Assembly: GCF_006345805.1 (NCBI RefSeq)
Contig: NC_043020.1
Coordinates: 27,962,001-28,026,000, forward strand
DNA: 64,000 bases
DNA from: Octopus sinensis
Taxonomy: Eukaryota
Reading direction: 5' to 3'
Shown: in pieces, positions 57,416 to 64,000 of the stretch
How positions within the stretch are numbered: the first letter of the stretch is position 1
Layout: the number at the start of each line of letters is the position of its first letter
Translations under genes and position numbers: made by a program
The notes under the pieces: generated by a model
Databases searched by the model: none
Seen by the model: the letters and a program-made list of their open reading frames with translations, nothing else
What the model was told of the DNA's origin: nothing

Positions 57416-57886
57416 TCCATCTGTGTGTGGCATGCACGCACACGCACACACACACACACAAATAGGAAAGTAGACACCTGCCCATCTCGAGTCACTTTTT
57501 GACTTCTGGCCAATTAGCATATCATCATCATCATCATCGTTTAATGTCTGTTGTCCATGCTGTCATGGGTTGGACGGACTGACCAGGGCTGGTAAACTGG
57601 AAGACTGCACCAGATTCCAGCCTGATTTGGCATTGCATTCTACAGCTGGAGGCCCTTCCTAATGCCAACCACTCTTGAGTGTAATGGGTACTTTTACATG
57701 ACACTGGCACAGGTGCCATTTGTGTGACACCAGTATCTGCCATGACTGCAATTTTGCTCAGCTTGACGGGTCTTCTTCTGAAGCACGACATAATGCCAAA
57801 GGTCTTGGTCATTGCCTCTGTGAGGCCTAACACTCGAAAGGAAGGACCTTGGCCACTTTGCCTCCATGAGGCCCAATGCTCAAAAA

Positions 57887-57937
<51 letters not shown>

Positions 57938-58934
57938 TGAAAGAGTTGCGTAAGGCCGGGACAATGTGAGAAGGTATAAAATAAACTATAAAAATTTAAA
58001 AAAAAAACAAAGCATAGAGTTTTACCTTACATTTCTATCTCTGGAGATTATAATATAAAAAATACAAGATAAAGCTGTAACTAATACATAACACCATCAT
58101 CATCATCATCATCATCGTTGTTTGACATCCGTCTTCCATGCATGGATTGTGGGACGGCTGACAGGAGCCGGCCAGGAAGAAGATCACCCCCAGGCTAAGG
58201 TGTCAGTTTTGGTGGGACTTTTACAGCTGGATGCCCCTCCTAACACCAACCACTCTGCAGAGTGGACTCAGTGCTTTTTAGGTGGCACTAGCACAGGCGA
58301 GGTCAGTTTGGCCCGGGTTTTACAGCAGCTGGATGCCCTTACAAATGCCAGCCACTTGGCATTCTCAACCATGTGGTTCCAGGTTCAGTCCCACTGCATG
58401 GCACATTGGGCAAGTGTCTTCTACTATAGCCTCGGGCCAACCAAATCTATCTTGAATTTTCTCAATTCTTTCGGCAGAGATTGCTCAAAATAAAGTCTAT
58501 CAACACAACCATGCCAAATTCCAGGAATTATGATCTAAAAGCATTGAAGAATTTGCTAAATTTACAGCTTATTTATATCCCAAAATTTCTCAATCTGGTC
58601 CTAAAAATTGAAAAATTGCACACTTTGAACATTTAATATGAGTGTGGAAAGCTGTGTTCTTTTCTTTGTTTTTTTTGTTTTGCTTTTGGTGGAGGAGGGG
58701 TTGATCTAATAGAAATTTATGGTATTTTTAGTGATGTTTACTTTTTTTTAGCTTTTGTTAGGGTTTGATATTGCATAGGAATTTACAGATGTTTATATAT
58801 AAAGATGTATGCATAATTTGTGAGATTATAAAACAATAAAACGACAGCTGACACTTTGCAACTGAGAGAGTTCATTCAACTTTAATTTCAATTTTGTGAT
58901 TTCTTCAACACCAACACAAATATTTTGCATAGCA

Positions 58935-59352
58935 GAGGCTGCCTTGACATTCTCAGTTCAAATCCAGCCGAGGTTGATTTTGCTTTTCACCCTTTCAATG
59001 TCGATAAAGTAAGTACCAGTTACACACTGGGGTCGATATAATCGACTTAATCCATTTGTCTGTCCTTGTTTGTCCCTTCTGTGTTTAGCCCCTTGTGGGT
59101 AGTAAAGAAATAGGAATAAGGCAGTGAGAGCTGGCAGAACTGTTAGCACGCCGGGCGAAATGCGTAGCTGTATTTTGTCTGCCATTACGTTCTGAGTTCA
59201 AATTCCACTGAGGTCGACTTTGCCTTTCATCCTTTCGGGGTAGATAAATTAAGTACCAGTTACACACTGGGGTCAATGCAATCGACTTAATCCGATTGTC
59301 TGTCCTTGTTTGTCCCCTCTATGTTTAGCCCCTTGTGGGTAATAAAGAAACA
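58935..59352 (+). mobile_element. Two adjacent family M SINE copies, the second with its own head
   Basis: Body homology; the second head gagctggcagaac begins near 59127. Confidence 0.75.
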
Positions 59353-61412
59353 GATAAAGTAAGTACCAGTTAATCACTGGGGAGGGGGTTTGATATAACA
59401 GACTTATTACACTTCCCCAAAATTGCTGGCCTTGTGCCAAAATTTGAATCCAATATACAAACATCTGAGCAAAAACTATATCATCTTCATCATCATCATC
59501 ATCGTTTTATGTCCATATTCCATGGGTTGGAACACTGGCACGGTCCAGTCAGAGAAAACCCCCATCCCGTGCTTTTCTCGTTTCCCTAGATTCTTGTGGT
59601 TCAATGCCCTGCTAAACACCAACAACTTCACAAAGTGTACAGGGTGCATTTTATCAATGAACCGGTTCTAGAGTGGTGGTCATGTTCTTTGACAAGACTA
59701 AAATGTGCTCTTAACCCTCAGCCTCTGCTCATTTGCCGACCATTTCGCAGAGTGTACCAAGTACATTTCACCATGGCAACCAGCCGTAGAAACCATGCCA
59801 GATCAGACCGGAACCTGGCGCAGCTCTCCAACTCATCAGCTCTAGTCAAAACCTTCTAACCCATGCCAGCACAGAGAGCGGACGTTAAATGATGATCACG
59901 ATGATGATGATGATGATGATGTATATAGGACTACATTATCAAAGATATCTTTTTTTTTGTTTTGTTTTGAAGATTCAGCTGCTATTTCTAGCAATAAAAA
60001 AAAAATGAAGTTACCACATAGAGGCTTCCTCCTTCAGTCATATGATGATGTTGGTGGTAATGGTGGTGGTGATGTTGCTACCGGTGACGATGGCAAAGGT
60101 AAAAGTGGTGCTGATGATGGTAGAGGGGGTTATTGATGGTGTGGTTGATAGTGGTGGCCATGTTGAAAGTAGAAGTAGGGATGGTGGTGATGATAATGAT
60201 GGTGGTGGTGGTGGTGATGATGGTGGTAGTAATGGTAGCAATGATGGTGATGATGATGGTAGTGGTGGCGATGATGATGGTGGTGGTAGCAGTGATGATG
60301 AAGTTGATAATAGTGGTGGTGGTAGTGATGATGATGATGATGGTGGTGGTGCTGCTGCTGCTACTTGTGATGTCAGCAATGGTAGAAGTGCTGTCAATGG
60401 TAGTCAGTGGTATTATTGATGTTGTTAGTAGTGATCACCATGTTGGAAACAGTGGTGATGGTGGTGGTCATGGTGGTGTTGGCAGCAATATACTAGTGTG
60501 TACAACAATAGTTAACAGTGTCAGTAATGGCTGGCGGCAGTGGAGCTCTGTGTCAACAACGGCAGAGGGGACTGGCAAGAGTGGAGGGGCAGGGAGAGAT
60601 TCGCGGTGGTTGAGTTGGTGAGTCAATCACATAAAAAAAATATAAGAAAACGAAAAAAAAAAACAAATACAAAATACAATAAACAATTTGCTGTTTACAA
60701 GTGGCATGTTCTCTCTCTCTCTCTCTCTCTACTCACAGCCAGACGACTGACCACGTGCAACAGGAACTGCATGTTGCATGCAAAACAATATATATATATA
60801 TACACATATATATATATATATGTATCAAAACAAATCAAATAGATGAACATAAATGGAATTTGTATCTTTGTGGTACCAGTGCCGGTGGCACACAAGAAAA
60901 TCATCCGAACGTGGCCGTAGCCAGTACCGCATAGACTGGCCTCCGTGCTTTGGGGACGTAACAAACACCATCCGATCGTGGCCGTCCGCCAGCCTCATCT
61001 GGCACCTGTGTCGGTGGCACATAAAAACACCATCCGAGCGTGGCCGTCTGCCAGCCTCATCTGGCACCTGTGTCGGTGGCACATAAAACACCATCCGAGC
61101 GTGGCCGTCTGCCAGCCTCGTCTGGCACCTGTGTCGGTGGCACATAAAAACACCATCCGAGCGGGCCGTTCGCCAGCCTCGTCTGGCACCTGTGTCGGTG
61201 GCACATAAAATCACCCACTACACTCTCGGAGTGGTTGGCGTTAGGAAGGGCATCCAGCTGTAGAAACACTGCCAGATCTGACTGGCCTGGTGCAGCCTTC
61301 GGGCTCCCCAGACCCCAGTTGAACCGTCCAACCCATGCTAGCATGGAAAACGGACGCTAAATGATGATGATGATGATGATGATACATATATATATATATA
61401 TAAATACAACAC

Positions 61413-61491
<79 letters not shown>

Positions 61492-61578
61492 ATATAAATA
61501 CACACATATATATATATATATGTATTATATATATATATATAAATACACATATATATATATATATTATATATATATAAT

Positions 61579-61615
<37 letters not shown>

Positions 61616-61688
61616 AATACACACATATATATATATATAAATACATACATACATACTTATATATATCTATATATATTATATATATATA

Positions 61689-61732
<44 letters not shown>

Positions 61733-62324
61733 GTAGCAGAGCATAGCAACAAAATGACCAGGTGACCAACAACAGAGAAATGGATATCGCAACACATAAA
61801 CTATTTACTCCCACCACAACAATTATTATTGCTGTCTCCACTCTTATGTTCAGTGAGAACTATGGACAGCCACTCAAGACACCTGCAAGGAATTAGAGAT
61901 GGATGGATAGTGTGTCTGACTATATATATGTGTACATATATATATATATATATATACATATATATATGTGTTTGTCCTCCTACCATCACTTGACAACTGA
62001 TGTTGATGGGGTTTACGTCCTTGTAACTAAGCAGTTTGGCAAAAGGGACTGATAGAATAAGTACTAGGCTTACAAAGAATAAGTCCTGGATTAATCTGTT
62101 CGACTAAAGGTGGTGCTCCAGCATGGCCACAGTCAAATGACTGAAACAAGTAAAAAGATAAAAGGTATATATATATGGTTCAAAACTTTTACTTTTTTAC
62201 TTGTTTCAATCACTTGACCGCAACCATGCTGGAGCACCTCCTTGGAGAACTTTTAATCTAATGAACTGACCTCAGTATTAATTCTTTTAAGCCTGGTACT
62301 TTTTTCAAAATTAAGATAAACAAA

Positions 62325-62481
62325 GGCGCAGGAGTGGCTGTGTGGTAAGTAGCTTGCTAACCAACTACATAGTTCCGGGTTCAGTCCCACTGCGTGGCAT
62401 CTTGGGCAAGTGTCTTCTGCTATAGCCCTGGGCTGACCAATGCCTTGTGAGTGGATTTGGTAGACGGAAACTGAAAGAAGC

Positions 62482-62545
<64 letters not shown>

Positions 62546-62786
62546 ATATGTATGTATGTATGTGTGTGTATGTGTTTGCGTGTCTGTGTTTGTCCCCCTA
62601 GCATTGCTTGACAACCGATGCTGGTGTGTTTACGTCCCCGTCACTTAGCGGTTCGGCAAAAGAGACCGGTAGAATAAGTAATGGGCTTACAAAGAATAAG
62701 TCCCGGGGTCGATTTGCTCGACTAAAGGCAGTGCTCCAGCATGGCCACAGTCAAATGACTGAAACAAGTAAAAGAGTAAAGAGTAA
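62325..62786 (+). mobile_element. Family A tRNA-derived SINE with central (TA)n/(TG)n and an (AAAAGAGT)n tail; the most abundant repeat in the window
   Basis: Head GGCGCAGGAGTGGCTGTGTGG...GGGTTCAGTCCC then ccttgggcaagt. Other + copies: 26597-27059, 33385-33784, 44813-45224, 45817-46248; partial near 13285, 21410, 42160, 42655, 58360, 61900. Confidence 0.88.
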
Positions 62787-62799
62787 AGTTCTTTTTGCA

Positions 62800-63785
62800 A
62801 ACTCAAATATACTCTCCTTCATTTTCTACAATGCTCTTTCATCTACCCGGTAGACTTGCAAGGCCCCTCTTCCAAAATTTCCTTGCCCATGAGGTAAGAT
62901 ACTCCTCCAGTACTCTTCTGGGTTGTAGTTTCCGTCTTGGAATTTCCGGAACCACCGTTGACACCTGGACTATCCTCAGACTAGACCCAAACAAGCTCAA
63001 GGTGTTCCAAATGTGGTGTGCTTGTTAAATCCTTACTCTCTTTTTACTCTCTTTTACTTGTTTCAGTCATTTGACTGCGGCCATGCTGGAGCACCGCCTT
63101 TAGTCGAGCAAATCGACCCCGGGACTTATTCTTTGTAAGCCCAGTACTTATTCTATCGGTCTCTTTTGCCGAACCGCTTAGTGACAGGGACGTAAACAGA
63201 CACCAGCATCAGTTATCAAGCAATGCTAGGGGGACAAACACAGACACACAAACACATATATACATATATACAACAGGCTTCTTTCAGTTTCCGTCTACCA
63301 AATCCACTCACAAGGCATTGGTCGGCCCGGGGCTATAGCAGAAGACACTTGCCCAAGATGCCATGCAGTGGGATTGAACCCAGAACCATGTGGTTGGTTA
63401 GCAAGCTACTTACCACACAGCCGCTCCTGTGCCTTAGTGTCTCTCTACAGGACCGAATCTCAAAGAACAATGCCGACCAGCAGCCGACCATTGAAGACCA
63501 AGTCCGGCAGAGCAGGCTGCAGTGGTTTAGCCACATCTGCCGGATGAGCACTGGAAGACTACCAGATCAACTTTTGTGGTGGCAGCGACCAACACACAGG
63601 AGAATCCAGTCCAATGTGCCAAAGAAGACAGGGACGAAACAAAGTGAGGAAGACTCAAAGTCACAGCATTTCGGCCTCGAGAATGCTGAGGTGTGGAATA
63701 ACATCATTACCAGAGTCCATCATCCAGCTGCCCCCACAGCAGTGTATTGGTTGAGAGGGTGGCCCACCATCCACTGGGATTAAAG
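62800..63785 (+). mobile_element. RTE-type LINE fragment interrupted by a family A SINE (63033-63433)
   Basis: DTWTILRLDPNKLKVFQMWC before the SINE; PTIEDQVRQSRLQWFSHICRMSTGRLPDQLLW after it. Confidence 0.75.
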
Positions 63786-64000
63786 GAGAAGAAATCATTA
63801 AACCACATGCCTCCAGAAAGCATCCACTTTCTGCTAGAGACAAAAATTATGTGTTTATCTAAAGTCTGAATTGAAATTAACCCTTTCGTTACTGTATTTC
63901 TGTTGAGATGCTCTGTGTTTCTTTCAATTAATGTTAAATATAACAAAGAATTTAGTAAAATGACTTAGTTATCATTCAGCTAGTGTTAGGAACATAAATT

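Noticed and set aside
58031-58040. 10-nt microexon candidate (ctccag|AGATAGAAAT|gtaagg) on the minus strand
   Set aside because: It would shift the expected phase-2 junction and its sequence does not fit the protein; chance matches are expected.

Overview
Eukaryotic, AT-rich, repeat-dense genomic DNA. The SINE/RTE/Penelope repertoire and microsatellite load look like an octopus (coleoid cephalopod) genome; that assignment is inference. The only host gene I can support is a minus-strand TTC39-family gene most similar to TTC39C. I reconstructed 13 GT-AG coding exons by hand (51552 down to the stop at 7671; 1603 nt, phases consistent, about 533 aa). The first coding exon was not found and probably lies beyond 64000. 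The rest is introns and flank filled with tRNA-derived SINEs (at least 4 families), 5'-truncated RTE LINEs, a Penelope-like element with a GIY-YIG remnant, mariner remnants, several MITE types, Helentron-like elements, and micro- and minisatellites. Almost all long ORFs in the supplied track are repeat artefacts. No new protein-coding system is evident. The most interesting signals are non-coding: (i) a SINE that occurs as monomer, dimer and 8+-mer of an exact 184-bp unit, with one target-site duplication around each complete insert; (ii) several minimal hammerhead-ribozyme motifs, including an A6-to-U core variant, all on the sense strand of the TTC39C pre-mRNA; (iii) fold-back palindromes whose axis falls at or beside a hammerhead GAAA core.
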